NCBI GenBank assembly: GCA_965217775.1
Contig: CBDCJH010000002.1
Location: 6,080,001-6,144,000 of the forward strand
Length of the DNA stretch: 64,000 nt
Source of the DNA: Acidobacteriota bacterium
GTDB taxonomy: Bacteria; Acidobacteriota; UBA6911; RPQK01; JAJDTT01
Direction: 5' to 3'
A program made the position numbers and the translations under genes. This document shows, piece by piece, positions 51,817 through 62,364 of this stretch (the stretch's first letter is position 1; the number at the start of each line of letters is the position of its first letter). The notes below the pieces were generated by a model. That model searched no databases, was not told the DNA's origin, and saw nothing but the letters and a program-made list of their open reading frames with translations.

Positions 51817-52362
51817 TTGGAGTTGGAGGGCAGCCGCCCGACCCCTCGTAGAAGACTGTCCGTTCCCACCGTCTTCACGCTGCTGCTGATCTCGGCGGCG
51901 ACGGCGAGCGGGCAATCCGTTTCGGAAATCGGTGACTTCATGCTGTACAACGCCTGCCGTCCCATGCGAGTGGCGGTGGGGTCCAGTCTCTCCATGTCTG
52001 ATGGGAGCACAATCGATCTGCTTCCGGATCGCATCCAGGCCGTTGCCGAAAGACGCTTGCGGGAGCGGGGCCTCTACCCGGACCTGGGAAGCGAATCGAA
52101 CCGTCCGCACCTGGTGGTCTCCGTCAATATTGACGAAGTCTGCGCCGAAAAATCGTACGCATACGACATCACACTGCGATACAAAAAGCTCGTGACCGAC
52201 GCGGCCACCGGTGTGGAGCACACGGCGACCACGTGGAGATCCGGAAGCGGCGGGTCCGGAGCCACAGATTCCGAATTCATCGTGGAAAGTTTCGTAGAAC
52301 TCCTCGATGGGTTCATGGAGGAGTACCTGCGAGTGAACGAAGAGGACTGCCACCGGCCCTGA
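51817..52362 (+). CDS. Hypothetical secreted protein
   Basis: Signal-like segment (FTLLLISAATASG) followed by LYNACRPM. Start uncertain. Confidence 0.6.
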   Translation: MELEGSRPTPRRRLSVPTVFTLLLISAATASGQSVSEIGDFMLYNACRPMRVAVGSSLSMSDGSTIDLLPDRIQAVAERRLRERGLYPDLGSESNRPHLVVSVNIDEVCAEKSYAYDITLRYKKLVTDAATGVEHTATTWRSGSGGSGATDSEFIVESFVELLDGFMEEYLRVNEEDCHRP

Positions 52363-52406
52363 GCTACAGGAGATCAAGGAGTCGTGGCCCGGATCGCCGC
52401 CGTCGA

Positions 52407-52931
52407 CTAGATAAAAATATCCTCGTCCCTGGTGTAGACGTCGGTCGGCCGCCCATCCCGCCCGAACCATCGCTCCACAATCGACCGGCCCGCCTGAATC
52501 AGAGCCGAAATCTGCTGCGCCGGCGCAATGATGCTGCGATGGATGCGGTAGGTTTCCGTGGAGATCCGGTTCAGGGCCCTGTTCATTTGGGATGCCGCTT
52601 CTTGGGCGCCCGCCCGCAACGTATCCAGGCTCCGGGCGGTCTTCTCCTCGATCTCCCGGACCGAGTCGCGCACGCTGTCCGAATGTCCGGAGGCCTCACG
52701 GGCCCAGCCGGACACCATCTTCAGGACGGGGATCATGTCCTCCAATCCGTCGTCGGCCTGTCTGACTGCTTTCCGAAACCGCTGGGACGTCCGGGTCAGT
52801 TCCTGGCACAATGAGCCGAGACCGCGCAGAGTGGAGGTCAGCAGGAAGCTGGTGAAGAGAGTCTGCAAAATGACCAGAATCGTCATGATGACGACACCGA
52901 TCACCACCGGTTGGGAGAGTTCGGATCCCAT
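52407..52931 (-). CDS. Membrane-anchored coiled-coil protein (DUF948-like)
   Basis: N-terminal TM helix followed by heptad-like helical sequence. Confidence 0.55.
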   Translation of the reverse strand: MGSELSQPVVIGVVIMTILVILQTLFTSFLLTSTLRGLGSLCQELTRTSQRFRKAVRQADDGLEDMIPVLKMVSGWAREASGHSDSVRDSVREIEEKTARSLDTLRAGAQEAASQMNRALNRISTETYRIHRSIIAPAQQISALIQAGRSIVERWFGRDGRPTDVYTRDEDIFI

Positions 52932-53026
52932 GCCGGGAAGAAACCTATCACATGCCCCTGGGTGCGGGAAGAGGTGTCTGAGTGCCCTTCACCCGGAAGC
53001 TACCCGTGGGTGAAGGCCAGTCCGGG

Positions 53027-54178
53027 ATGGAGCCGAATCGTCGCGCTCTGCTCACGCGCAAGATCAAGAAGAGAGCCCGCCAGTTGGGTTTCCATGCCGT
53101 CGGCGTCTCACCGGCGGACCCGGGACCCGATGACAAGCTCCGAGTCTGGCTGGAGCTGGGATACCAGGGCTCCATGGCCTACCTGGAGCGCCAGGCCGAG
53201 AAGAGGCTCGATCCGGGGAAGGTGTTGCCGGGCGTCCGGTCCATGATCTGCGTCGCCCTGGCCTACCCCCATTCCCAGCCGTTGCCCTACGACGATCCCA
53301 ACCGGGGAGTCATCTCCAGGTATGCATCTGGGGACGACTACCACTCGGTCATGGGAACCCTCATGGCGCGGCTCCTGGAGTCGATCCGGGAGGAAATTCC
53401 GGGCATCGGGGCCAGATTCTACGTGGACAGCGGTCCGGTGATGGACAAGTACTGGGCAGCCCGGGCGGGCATCGGGTGGCTGGGAAAGCACACCAATATT
53501 CTGGACCGGAAGCTGGGATCCTGGTTCTTTCTGGGCGAGATACTGCTGGACGTGGAGTTGGACTATGACGAACCGGCCCCGGACCACTGCGGCTCCTGCA
53601 CCCGCTGCATCGATGCCTGTCCCACGGACGCCATCGTCGAACCCTACCTGCTGGACAGCCGCCGCTGCATCTCGTATCTGACCATCGAGCTGAAGGAGGA
53701 CATCCCCGAGGATCTGCGAGAGCCCATGGGCAACCTGGTCTTCGGCTGCGACATCTGCCAGGACGTCTGTCCCTGGAACCACCCGGTTCCCGATGCCTCC
53801 GTCCCTGATCTGGAGCCTCGTCCCGTCAACCGGTCGCCCGAACTTTGGGAGCTGGCCCAGTTGTCCCAGGACGAGTTTCGCGAGAGGTTCAGCGGCAGTC
53901 CCGTCAAGCGGGCCAAGTGGCGCGGTTTCGTCCGCAACGTCGCCGTGGCCATGGGCAACTCCGGCAACTCCGATCTGGCGCCGGAGTTGACGAATCTCCT
54001 GAACTCGGAGGATCCCATGGTCAGGCGTCACGCGGGTTGGGCGCTGAAACAGCTCGTCACGCGGGAGGCGCTGGACGCCGTCCGCAGGCGTTGCTCCCGG
54101 GAGTCGGACTCTGAGACGAGAGCGACGCTACGAGAACTGCTCGACGACGAGGCGGCCGATCCTGCGGGGGTCAGTTGA
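53027..54178 (+). CDS. queG: Epoxyqueuosine reductase
   Basis: ISRYA.G.DYH, VDSGPV, CGSCTRCIDACPT, CISYLTIE and GCDICQDVCPWN. Confidence 0.96.
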   Translation: MEPNRRALLTRKIKKRARQLGFHAVGVSPADPGPDDKLRVWLELGYQGSMAYLERQAEKRLDPGKVLPGVRSMICVALAYPHSQPLPYDDPNRGVISRYASGDDYHSVMGTLMARLLESIREEIPGIGARFYVDSGPVMDKYWAARAGIGWLGKHTNILDRKLGSWFFLGEILLDVELDYDEPAPDHCGSCTRCIDACPTDAIVEPYLLDSRRCISYLTIELKEDIPEDLREPMGNLVFGCDICQDVCPWNHPVPDASVPDLEPRPVNRSPELWELAQLSQDEFRERFSGSPVKRAKWRGFVRNVAVAMGNSGNSDLAPELTNLLNSEDPMVRRHAGWALKQLVTREALDAVRRRCSRESDSETRATLRELLDDEAADPAGVS

Positions 54179-54641
54179 TCCGGGTCGAGGAATGCTGTCC
54201 GACGCCGGCCGCGGCGGCGATCGGCGCCATCCTGCGCTCCAGATCGGCCAGTTTCTGCCGGTTCGCCTCCAGCGTCTTGGGCTGGACGACCTGGCCGACG
54301 AACTCGACGTGCATGGTCCAGGACTGTTCCACCTGTCCGGTGTCCGGATTCCGGTACCAGCCCGCCTCCCAGGTGCGCTTGTTGTTCAGGTCCCAGGTGA
54401 TGATCTGACCCGGCTGGTAGCTGTACCGAGTCGGAACGACATCCAATTCCAGGATCTGGTCGTCGGGATCCAAGGGCAGCAGTATGACGATGCGGGCATC
54501 GGGAATCCGGTTGCGGCACTCCGCGTCGGAGAACACGGGCAGGTCCGTGTAAAGGACCCGATAGGGCACGATCGGCATCTGGTCGGTTTCTTCAGGACGA
54601 GCACCCAACTGGGCTGTAGACTCGCTTGTTTCTTCGGACAT
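54171..54641 (-). CDS. Hypothetical protein
   Basis: GGAGG SD and high-GC3 codon pattern; no recognised domain. Confidence 0.65.
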   Translation of the reverse strand: MSEETSESTAQLGARPEETDQMPIVPYRVLYTDLPVFSDAECRNRIPDARIVILLPLDPDDQILELDVVPTRYSYQPGQIITWDLNNKRTWEAGWYRNPDTGQVEQSWTMHVEFVGQVVQPKTLEANRQKLADLERRMAPIAAAAGVGQHSSTRIN

Positions 54642-54893
54642 TTCAGGAACCTCCCAGGCCGGCGTTTCTCGCGCCGGCGTGAACGCGGCGCTCGGATCTG
54701 AGGTGAGAGCCGCCGACCAAATCGGAGGGGAATGATAGCAGAGGAGAACGAGGAAAGAGAAAAGAGAAAACAGGAAAGAGTGTTTGGGAGCGGGTTGGTC
54801 ACATGGAGGTGAGAGAGTTGCCCCCGGCTTGGCCAGTGGGAGTGTCGCTGGTCATTGTTGCAACCGGATCGTTCGAGAACGGGTCTTGACGGC

Positions 54894-55445
54894 ATGAGCA
54901 GTTTCGTCGCCATCGATTTCGAGACCGCCAATGACAACCGGGACAGTGCGTGCTCGGTTGGCCTCGTCGTGGGCCGGGAGGGCAAGATCGAGGTGTCGCG
55001 GACGTTTCTGATTCGGCCGCCGGAGCCGGAGTTCAGATTCACCTGGGTCCACGGACTGGACTGGGAGGACGTTCGCGGTGCGCCCACCTTCGGCGAACTC
55101 TGGCCGACACTGCGTCCTTGGATCAAGAGTGCGGAATTCGTCGCTGCTCACAACGCGCCTTTCGATAGAAGTGTCCTCCATGCTTGTTGCGCCAGGTACG
55201 GCGTGGTGGCTCCCCGGAAGCCGTTCGTCTGTACGGTGCAGTTGGCGCGGAGGCAATGGGGGATCTACCCGACGACGCTGCCGGATGTCTGCGGACGGCT
55301 CCGCATCCCGCTGAATCATCACGAATCGGGATCGGACGCGGAAGCGTGTGCACGTATCATCCTGGCCGCCGAGGCGGCGGGGTGGAGTCGTTTGCGACCC
55401 CGTCGCCGTCGGAAACGATTCCGAAGGTCGTATCGAAACCGGTGA
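54894..55445 (+). CDS. DEDDh 3'-5' exonuclease (Pol III epsilon-like)
   Basis: FVAIDFETAN, AHNAPFD and HHESGSDA. Confidence 0.92.
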   Translation: MSSFVAIDFETANDNRDSACSVGLVVGREGKIEVSRTFLIRPPEPEFRFTWVHGLDWEDVRGAPTFGELWPTLRPWIKSAEFVAAHNAPFDRSVLHACCARYGVVAPRKPFVCTVQLARRQWGIYPTTLPDVCGRLRIPLNHHESGSDAEACARIILAAEAAGWSRLRPRRRRKRFRRSYRNR

Positions 55446-55464
55446 GTATTACCGAGGGAGCCTA

Positions 55465-55511
55465 ATAATCCTTGAAAATCGGCAGGTCATCTGCCGATTT
55501 TCAAGGATTAT
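55465..55511. terminator. 21-bp perfect inverted repeat between convergent genes
   Basis: ATAATCCTTGAAAATCGGCAG-GTCAT-CTGCCGATTTTCAAGGATTAT. Confidence 0.5.
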
Positions 55512-55686
55512 GACGCTTTGTCATGCTGCTGGAACAGGCCGCCCGGTCCCAGTCCTGGCTACGACTATCTTTGATGCAACTTCAACCGGAGGGACTTCAG
55601 GGGTGCCCATCAGCGTTTCGGAATTGCGCTGCTCTCCTCGCAACAGGCCCTGAGGAGAATTTTGGGATGAAGAAAATCGAAGACCC

Positions 55687-57054
55687 TCAAGTCAGTCGCC
55701 CGAATCCCTGTTCGGGCAAGGGGCCTTTCAGCCTGGACTCCAGGTCGTCCGCTTGGAGGGCTTTTTTCAGGACGGCCAGGACCTCGTCCAGGGCCGCCAG
55801 GTAACCTTCGATGACCTCGTCGGTGTGGGCCAGGGAGACGGTGAACGCTCCCGTGGACAGGTAGCCTCGGTCCAGCATTTCCTGGGTCATCAGCGCCTGC
55901 AGCGCCAGATTCCTCTCACCGTGGCCGAAGGCCATGTGCGACATGGGGTATTGGCCGTGCGGCTTCATGGCGATTCCGTGCCGGCGGGCCAACTCCCGCC
56001 AACCGTCGTGGACCTTGGCGCCGATCCTCATGGTGTGCTCCGAGATGCGGACCCGCTCCATCTTCCGGATGGCGGCGACGGCGGCGGTGGGTCCCACGGC
56101 GTCGGTCCAGTAGGTGCTGCTGATGAAGGAGCTCTGGGCCGCCTCCATCACCTCCCGGCGCCCGATCACGGCCCCCATGGGGTAGCCGTTGGAGGTGGAC
56201 TTGGCGTAGGTGGCGATGTCCGGTTCAACGTCCAGCGTCAGGTGGGCGCCGCCCAGGCAGAACCGCCAGCCGGCGCTGATCTCGTCGATGATCATGACCG
56301 CGCCGATCTGGTCCGCCAGCTCGCGGATCCGGTGGAGAAAGCCGTCCCGCGGAGGCTCGTCCCGCAGCGGTTCCGTGATGATGGCGGCCAGTTCGCCGCC
56401 CGTCCGGTCGATGATGGCCTCCAACTCGTCGATCCGGTTGTAGTGGAAGGGCAGGGCGGTTCCCGCCAGGGAGCGGGGCACTCCGGTCGGGTTCAGTCCC
56501 GGCATCAAGAGGCCGTCCAGGGCGTCGTGGTCCCCCAGGTTGGACGCCAGGTACCAGTCGCTCCAACCGTGGTAGCCGCAGAAGGCCACCTTCTCCCGCC
56601 CCGTGGCGGCCCGCGCAATGCGCACGGCGACGGTCATGGTCTCGCCCCCGGCGCGGGCGTATCGCACCATGTCGGCCCAGGGGTGGAGCTGGCAGAACAA
56701 CTCCGCCAGCTCCACCTCGGCGGGAGAGTTGAGGGTGGACATGTTTCCCCGGTCGATGGCGCCCCGAACGGCCGCGTTCACGTCCGGGTCCGCGTATCCC
56801 AGGAGGCAGGCCCCCACGCAGTGGATGGTGGTGTCGTAGAAATGACGCCCGTCCAGGTCCCAGATCTCGCACCCGCGAGCCTTGCTGAAATAGGCCGGCC
56901 ACTGCCGGGGAAGAAACCGTTCGGGCCGCTTGGAGAGCAGTTGAACTCCGCCCGGGATGATTTTCTTAGCTCTTCGATAAAGCCGAGCGCCCGTGGTTTC
57001 GGTCCAATCCACGCCAGAGTAATCCGTGATCCCTTTCGCGCCGGAGTAATCCAT
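55687..57054 (-). CDS. Class III PLP aminotransferase (GSA-aminomutase-like)
   Basis: IPGG..LLSK, G.EIWDLDG, GYHGW, IDEISAGWR and YAKSTSNGYP. Confidence 0.9.
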   Translation of the reverse strand: MDYSGAKGITDYSGVDWTETTGARLYRRAKKIIPGGVQLLSKRPERFLPRQWPAYFSKARGCEIWDLDGRHFYDTTIHCVGACLLGYADPDVNAAVRGAIDRGNMSTLNSPAEVELAELFCQLHPWADMVRYARAGGETMTVAVRIARAATGREKVAFCGYHGWSDWYLASNLGDHDALDGLLMPGLNPTGVPRSLAGTALPFHYNRIDELEAIIDRTGGELAAIITEPLRDEPPRDGFLHRIRELADQIGAVMIIDEISAGWRFCLGGAHLTLDVEPDIATYAKSTSNGYPMGAVIGRREVMEAAQSSFISSTYWTDAVGPTAAVAAIRKMERVRISEHTMRIGAKVHDGWRELARRHGIAMKPHGQYPMSHMAFGHGERNLALQALMTQEMLDRGYLSTGAFTVSLAHTDEVIEGYLAALDEVLAVLKKALQADDLESRLKGPLPEQGFGRLT

Positions 57055-57241
57055 GATTCTTGCCTCGACTTTCCGTATTCGTGCGCCAGGCAGGCGCCTG
57101 CGACATCTTGTGACAGGCAAACGTTAGAACCGTCTCCCGGACAAAGTCAACCGGCACGGCCGGGGTTGAAGGAGCCGGTTCCCGATATGCGGATTGACGG
57201 TGCCCCGGGGATGCCCGATTCCGATTGATATAATCCCCAGG

Positions 57242-59044
57242 GTGCGGGATCTTCGCCGGCTCTTCCCCTTCATTCGGCCCTATTCTCCGCTTCTGGTCCT
57301 GGCCTTGGCGTTGCTGGCCGTCACCAGCGCCGTGGAGACGGGAATCGTCCTCTTGCTGGGCCCCCTGTTCAACCAATGGGCGGGGGTCCCCCTGGGGCCT
57401 GAGGGCGGGTTCGTGGACAAATTCGCGTTCGTCCGCGACCTCCTCGGCATCGGCGAGGATAATTTCACGCGGATCGCCGCCGCCCTGGTGATCTTCTCCC
57501 TCCTCAAGGGCGTATTCCTCTATTTCGCGGAATACTCCATGAGCTACACGGGCCAGCGCGTGGTGGCCGATCTGCGCAAGCGGCTCTACGGTCATCTCCT
57601 GGGCCAGTCCCTCTCCTTCTTCGCGATCAACCCCACGGGGCGCCTCATGTCCCGCCTCGTCGTCGACACCGAGCGGTTGCAACTCATGGTGAGCCGCATG
57701 CTGACCGACCTGATGCGGCAGGTCTCGCTGTTCGTCTGTTTCCTGATCCTGATGATCTACATCGATTGGCTGCTGTCCCTGTTCGCCTTCGTTGTGGGGC
57801 CGCTGGTGGTGGGACTGGCGCTGGCCCTGGGCCGCCGGGTCCGCCGGGCCGGGCAGGAGAGTCAGGAGAACCTGGAGGAGATGAGCCATCTGCTGCAGGA
57901 GACCATCGCCGGGCACCGAACCGTGAAGGCGTTCTGCATGGAGGAGTACGAAGCGGGCCGGTTCCGGGAACTCAATCGCCGTCAGGTGCGGGTCAACGTC
58001 CAGGCCGCCCGGATCGGCGCCCTGGGGTCGCCCGTGACCGAGCTCATCGGTTACGTCTCATTCGTGCCCTTCCTGCTGTACGCCCATAGCCAGATACAAC
58101 AGGGCTTCAGCCTGGGAGCCTTCGTGGTCTTCATCGTGGCCCTGTTCCGGCTCTATGAGCCCGTGCGCAAGCTCTCCCGAATGCACCTGCATTTCCAACA
58201 CGGGTTCGCCGCCTCCACCCGCATCTTTCAGTTGCTGGACACCCGGCAGGAAGTCGCCCGCGTTCCCGACGCACCTCCGTTGGCGCCCCTGACCCGTGAG
58301 ATCCGGTTCGAGGACGTGGCGTTCACCTACGAGGACGGAGCGGCGGCGGCGCTCCAGGACATCGAACTGTCCATTCGCCGGGGAGAGGTGGTGGCTCTGG
58401 TGGGACCGAGCGGGGCCGGCAAGACCACCCTGGCGAGCCTGATTCCAAGGTTCTTCGACGTGGGACGGGGGCGGGTCGCCATCGACGGAACCGACATCCG
58501 CCAAGTGGATCTGGACAGCCTGCGGGATCAGGTCGCCATCGTGACCCAAGAGGTCTTCCTCTTCAACGACACGGTCCGGGACAACATCGGCTACGGCCGG
58601 GAGAACTGCTCCCGGGAGGAGATCGAGGAGGCGGCTCGAGCGGCCTTCATCCACGACGTCGTCACGGCTCTTCCGTCCGGCTACGAGACCGACATCGGCG
58701 AGTGGGGCGAGAAGCTCTCCGGGGGTCAGAGGCAACGCCTGGCCATTGCACGGGCGATCCTGAAGAAGGCTCCGATCCTGATTCTGGACGAGGCCACATC
58801 GGCCCTGGACAGCGAATCGGAGCGGTTGGTCCAGGAGGCCCTGGACCATCTGATGGCGAACTGCACGACCCTGGTCATCGCGCACCGGCTGTCCACCATC
58901 CAGCGGGCCGACCGGATCGTGGTGATGGACTCGGGACGGATACTGGAGCAGGGCGACCACCGGACGCTGCTGCAAACGTCCGGTCTCTACCGCCGCCTCT
59001 ACCAACTTCAGTTCTCGGCGCCCGGGACCGGCAACGGAGGGTAG
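57242..59044 (+). CDS. ABC exporter, TMD+NBD (MsbA-like)
   Basis: GPSGAGKT, LSGGQRQR, LDEATSALD and IAHRLST. GTG start 7 nt after TATAAT. Confidence 0.92.
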   Translation: MRDLRRLFPFIRPYSPLLVLALALLAVTSAVETGIVLLLGPLFNQWAGVPLGPEGGFVDKFAFVRDLLGIGEDNFTRIAAALVIFSLLKGVFLYFAEYSMSYTGQRVVADLRKRLYGHLLGQSLSFFAINPTGRLMSRLVVDTERLQLMVSRMLTDLMRQVSLFVCFLILMIYIDWLLSLFAFVVGPLVVGLALALGRRVRRAGQESQENLEEMSHLLQETIAGHRTVKAFCMEEYEAGRFRELNRRQVRVNVQAARIGALGSPVTELIGYVSFVPFLLYAHSQIQQGFSLGAFVVFIVALFRLYEPVRKLSRMHLHFQHGFAASTRIFQLLDTRQEVARVPDAPPLAPLTREIRFEDVAFTYEDGAAAALQDIELSIRRGEVVALVGPSGAGKTTLASLIPRFFDVGRGRVAIDGTDIRQVDLDSLRDQVAIVTQEVFLFNDTVRDNIGYGRENCSREEIEEAARAAFIHDVVTALPSGYETDIGEWGEKLSGGQRQRLAIARAILKKAPILILDEATSALDSESERLVQEALDHLMANCTTLVIAHRLSTIQRADRIVVMDSGRILEQGDHRTLLQTSGLYRRLYQLQFSAPGTGNGG

Positions 59045-59068
59045 CTCCGGGCGGCAGCACCGGAGCCG

Positions 59069-59899
59069 TCAACCCTCGTCCGGTCCGGACAGGGCATCCA
59101 ACAGCGCGTCGCTCATGCCGACGGAACTGAACCCTCCGTCGTGGTAGAGGTTCTGCATCGTGACCTTCCGGGTCAGATCCGACACCAGCGCCACCACGAA
59201 ATCGGCGCAGTCCTCGGCCTGAGCGTTGCCCAGGGGAGACATTCTGTCCGCCGCCTCGTAAAGGCGGTCGAATCCCTTGATCCCACTCCCGGCGGTGGTG
59301 CGGGTCGGGCTCTGGGACACGGTGTTGATCCGGATGCCCCGCTGGCCCAGGCGATAGCCGAAGCTCCGGGCCACGCTCTCCAGCAAAGCCTTGGCGTCCC
59401 CCATGTCGGAATAGCGGGAAAAGATCCGTTGGGCGCCGATGTAGGTCAGGGCCACGATGCTGCCGCCGTCATTGAGACTGTCGGACTTGAGGGCCTCGGC
59501 CACGATCCGGTGCAGGGAGAGGGCCGAGACGTCCAGGGTCTTGTGGAACCAGTCGTAATTGAGGTCGCCGTAGGAACGCTGCTTGCGGACGTTGGGAGAC
59601 ATGCCGATGGAATGGACGATGAAATCGACCTTCCCCAGCGAGGATTTCAACTCCTGGAAGGCCTTCTCCAGGTCCTGGGAGGAGGAAGCGTCGCAGGCGA
59701 TGAGAGGGGCGTCCCCACAGATTTGGGCCAGTTGCCGGATGGGGCCGAAGCGGAACGCCATCTTGGTGTTGGAGAGGGCCAATCGGGCTCCCTCCCGGTG
59801 GCAGGCCAGGCCGATCTGCCAGGCCAGGCTCTGTTGGTTCAGGGGACCGAAGATGATTCCCCGTTTGTCCCGCAGCAGGTGATGACTCTCTTGTGACAT
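59069..59899 (-). CDS. fabI: Enoyl-ACP reductase
   Basis: GIIFG.LN..S.AW, VHSIGM, LTYIG, Y..M..AK..LES and QNLYHDGG. Confidence 0.9.
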   Translation of the reverse strand: MSQESHHLLRDKRGIIFGPLNQQSLAWQIGLACHREGARLALSNTKMAFRFGPIRQLAQICGDAPLIACDASSSQDLEKAFQELKSSLGKVDFIVHSIGMSPNVRKQRSYGDLNYDWFHKTLDVSALSLHRIVAEALKSDSLNDGGSIVALTYIGAQRIFSRYSDMGDAKALLESVARSFGYRLGQRGIRINTVSQSPTRTTAGSGIKGFDRLYEAADRMSPLGNAQAEDCADFVVALVSDLTRKVTMQNLYHDGGFSSVGMSDALLDALSGPDEG

Positions 59900-59913
59900 G
59901 AGCGATTCCTTGG

Positions 59914-60645
59914 TTAGTTGACGGGGACGGTTCCTCCCAGCGTGATCCGGTCCAGATCGATCCTGCAGCGCCGCGCCACGATCTGCACGCCTTGAGCCCG
60001 GGCCTCGTCCAGGGCGGCGGCGAAATCGGGGTCCAATTCCCGGGCCGCCCGGAAGGAGCGGACGTCCTCTCGTTGGATCACGAAGAGGATGGCGGCGCTC
60101 CAGCCGTCCTGTTGGGCGAGGTGGGCCAGTTCCCGGGCGTGGCGGGCTCCCCGGGCGGTGACGGCGTCGGGAAAGAGTGCCACTCCATCTTCCACCAGGG
60201 TGACGCTCTTCACCTCCAGGGCCAGTTGCCGTCCATCGTCTCGACCCAGGAGGAAATCGATCCGGGAGCGCCCCAGTGGCGCTTCCGCCCGTTGGAGTTT
60301 CCAGTCCCCGAACTCTTCCAGAGCCGACTGTGCCAGAGCCTGGCCGATGAGGCGATTGGGGATCCGGGTGTCGACCGAGACCAGACCAAGCCGGTCCGGG
60401 CTCTCCACAAGGAGAGCTGTCCAGCGGGTTTTTCGCTTGGCGCCAGATGCCGGGAGCAACCAGATCCGAACCCCGGGAATGAGGAGTTCCCGTAGGCGGC
60501 CCGGATCGGCCAGATGGGCGTCCACCGGTTCCGCCTTACCGAGCGGCCGGCACCTCACCAGAAAACGGTTGGGGCGCTCCACGAAGACCGCCTCCTGGAG
60601 TTCGCCCGGAATCGGGATCCAGGTTCTCGTTCGTTCTCCCAGCAT
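59914..60645 (-). CDS. sfsA: SfsA-family nuclease
   Basis: RPNRF, SRIDFLL, EVKSVTL and FPDAVTARG.RH. Confidence 0.95.
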   Translation of the reverse strand: MLGERTRTWIPIPGELQEAVFVERPNRFLVRCRPLGKAEPVDAHLADPGRLRELLIPGVRIWLLPASGAKRKTRWTALLVESPDRLGLVSVDTRIPNRLIGQALAQSALEEFGDWKLQRAEAPLGRSRIDFLLGRDDGRQLALEVKSVTLVEDGVALFPDAVTARGARHARELAHLAQQDGWSAAILFVIQREDVRSFRAARELDPDFAAALDEARAQGVQIVARRCRIDLDRITLGGTVPVN

Positions 60646-60671
60646 TCCTGGCCGCTCAGTCTACTATGGAT

Positions 60672-60752
60672 AGGAGCGGGGGTTTGTAGCCCCCGAGGAG
60701 CGGCGGTTTCCAGCCGCCGATTCCGGGAGGGTGGGGGACAAGACGGTCCTCC
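60672..60752. repeat. GGAG-type REP cluster
   Basis: GGAGCGGGGGTTTGTAGCCCCCG and GGAGCGGCGGTTTCCAGCCGCCG. Confidence 0.75.
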
Positions 60753-60823
60753 GCTTATTCAACTCTTGGGATTATGGGGAAAATCCAGGGCCCGTGTTAG
60801 AGTGACCTCCAAAAGGAGGTGCC

Positions 60824-61822
60824 TTGGATCCGATACGAATTGCCCTGGCCGGTTACGGCGAATGGACCCGGGAAGCCCTGATCCCTTCGCTGGAGCGGGA
60901 TGGCCGGGCGAGGATCGTGGCCGCGGCGGCACGCACCCCGGCGACTCGCGAGCGCATCCGATCGGAACTGGGCGCCCAGGTCGAGCTCCATGCCGACTTT
61001 GCCGATCTTTTCGACGAGGAAGTGGACGCCCTCATCCTGGCTCTTCCCTCGTCCCTGCACGAGGAAGGCCTGCTGGCCGCCGTCGAATCGGGGCTCCCTT
61101 TCTTTCACGAGCCTCCCGTGGCCAACCACCGGGATCGGGTTCGTCCCGTCCTGCGGCGCCTCCTGTCCGCCGATCAGGCGACGCACGCCGACATGGAGCT
61201 GCGGTTCATTCCGGTCATCATCCGCGCGGCCCAGCGGGTGGCGGAGGGCTCTATCGGCGAGCCTCGCACCGCCATGATCCGGATGCGCGGTTCTTGGAGT
61301 CCCGATCCCACGGCCGGTATCAGTCTCATGCACTCCCTCTCGCCCTGGTATATCGACGCTCTGGACCAGGTGTTGAGAGCCTCGCCCAAGCGTGTGCTGG
61401 TGCAGGAAGGACGGGGGTATCCGGGACGGATGCAATCTTACGCACTGACTCAACTGGACTACGGCGGGGTCTGGGGCAGCTTCGATGCCAACATCTCGGC
61501 GGTTCCGGGAATGGCCACCACCCTCGAGGTCACGGGCACGGAAGGCGACCTGCAAACGGACCTCTTCACCGCCGAAATCCGGCTGCGGACTCTGACCCGG
61601 CCGGAGCCGGAGATCGAGCGGGTCCCGGCCCTGGAGCCCTATGCCGGATGGCCCGGGATGTGTGAATGCGTTGCGGCCTTCCTGGATGCCGTGTCCGGAC
61701 TGACTCCCGAGCGCGCCGGAGCCCGGGCCGTTGCCCGCAGCCACCTGGTGGGACTGGCCGGCGAGCGCTCCATCGACACCGGGACCTGGGCCGAAGTCGA
61801 GGGGCTGGAGGACCTGGAATGA
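60824..61822 (+). CDS. Gfo/Idh/MocA family oxidoreductase
   Basis: IRIALAGYG, VDALILALP..LH. EKP motif is varied to EPP. Confidence 0.85.
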   Translation: MDPIRIALAGYGEWTREALIPSLERDGRARIVAAAARTPATRERIRSELGAQVELHADFADLFDEEVDALILALPSSLHEEGLLAAVESGLPFFHEPPVANHRDRVRPVLRRLLSADQATHADMELRFIPVIIRAAQRVAEGSIGEPRTAMIRMRGSWSPDPTAGISLMHSLSPWYIDALDQVLRASPKRVLVQEGRGYPGRMQSYALTQLDYGGVWGSFDANISAVPGMATTLEVTGTEGDLQTDLFTAEIRLRTLTRPEPEIERVPALEPYAGWPGMCECVAAFLDAVSGLTPERAGARAVARSHLVGLAGERSIDTGTWAEVEGLEDLE

Positions 61823-62352
61823 GCCTCTGGCGGCTTTTGGGCCTGAACAAATTGGAACCGCGCCGCGAGGAGTCCGCTGACGAGGGACATATCGTCCGCG
61901 AGATTGCCGCCAAGCTGGATCAACTGGAAGACGCGGAAGCCCGGTACATCGCCTGCTTCTCCTACATTCTGAACCGGGTGGCCCATGCCGATCTGGAGAT
62001 CAGTCCGGAGGAAGTCGCCCAGATGGAGAAGATCGTCCAGGAGCAGGGGGGCCTGCCCGAGTCGCAATCGGTTCTGGTGGTTCAGATGGCCAAGACCCAC
62101 AACCGCCTCTTCGGCGCCACCGACAACTACCTGGTGACGCGCGAGTTCAATCGCATGGCCACCCGCACGCAGAAGCTGGAACTGATGGGGTGCCTCCTGG
62201 CGGTGTCTGCTTCGCACGAGGGGATCTCCACGGCCGAGGATGCGGAGATGCGCCAGATCACTAAAGAGCTGCAGCTCTCCCACCGGGACTTCATCGCCCT
62301 CCGATCCCGCTTCCGGGATCATCTGAATGTTCTCAGGAGGATCGCGGAGTAG
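61819..62352 (+). CDS. TerB/DjlA-N family protein
   Basis: VAHADLEISPEE and LLAVSA....IS..E. Confidence 0.8.
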   Translation: MSLWRLLGLNKLEPRREESADEGHIVREIAAKLDQLEDAEARYIACFSYILNRVAHADLEISPEEVAQMEKIVQEQGGLPESQSVLVVQMAKTHNRLFGATDNYLVTREFNRMATRTQKLELMGCLLAVSASHEGISTAEDAEMRQITKELQLSHRDFIALRSRFRDHLNVLRRIAE

Positions 62353-62364
62353 AGGCGTCCCGGA

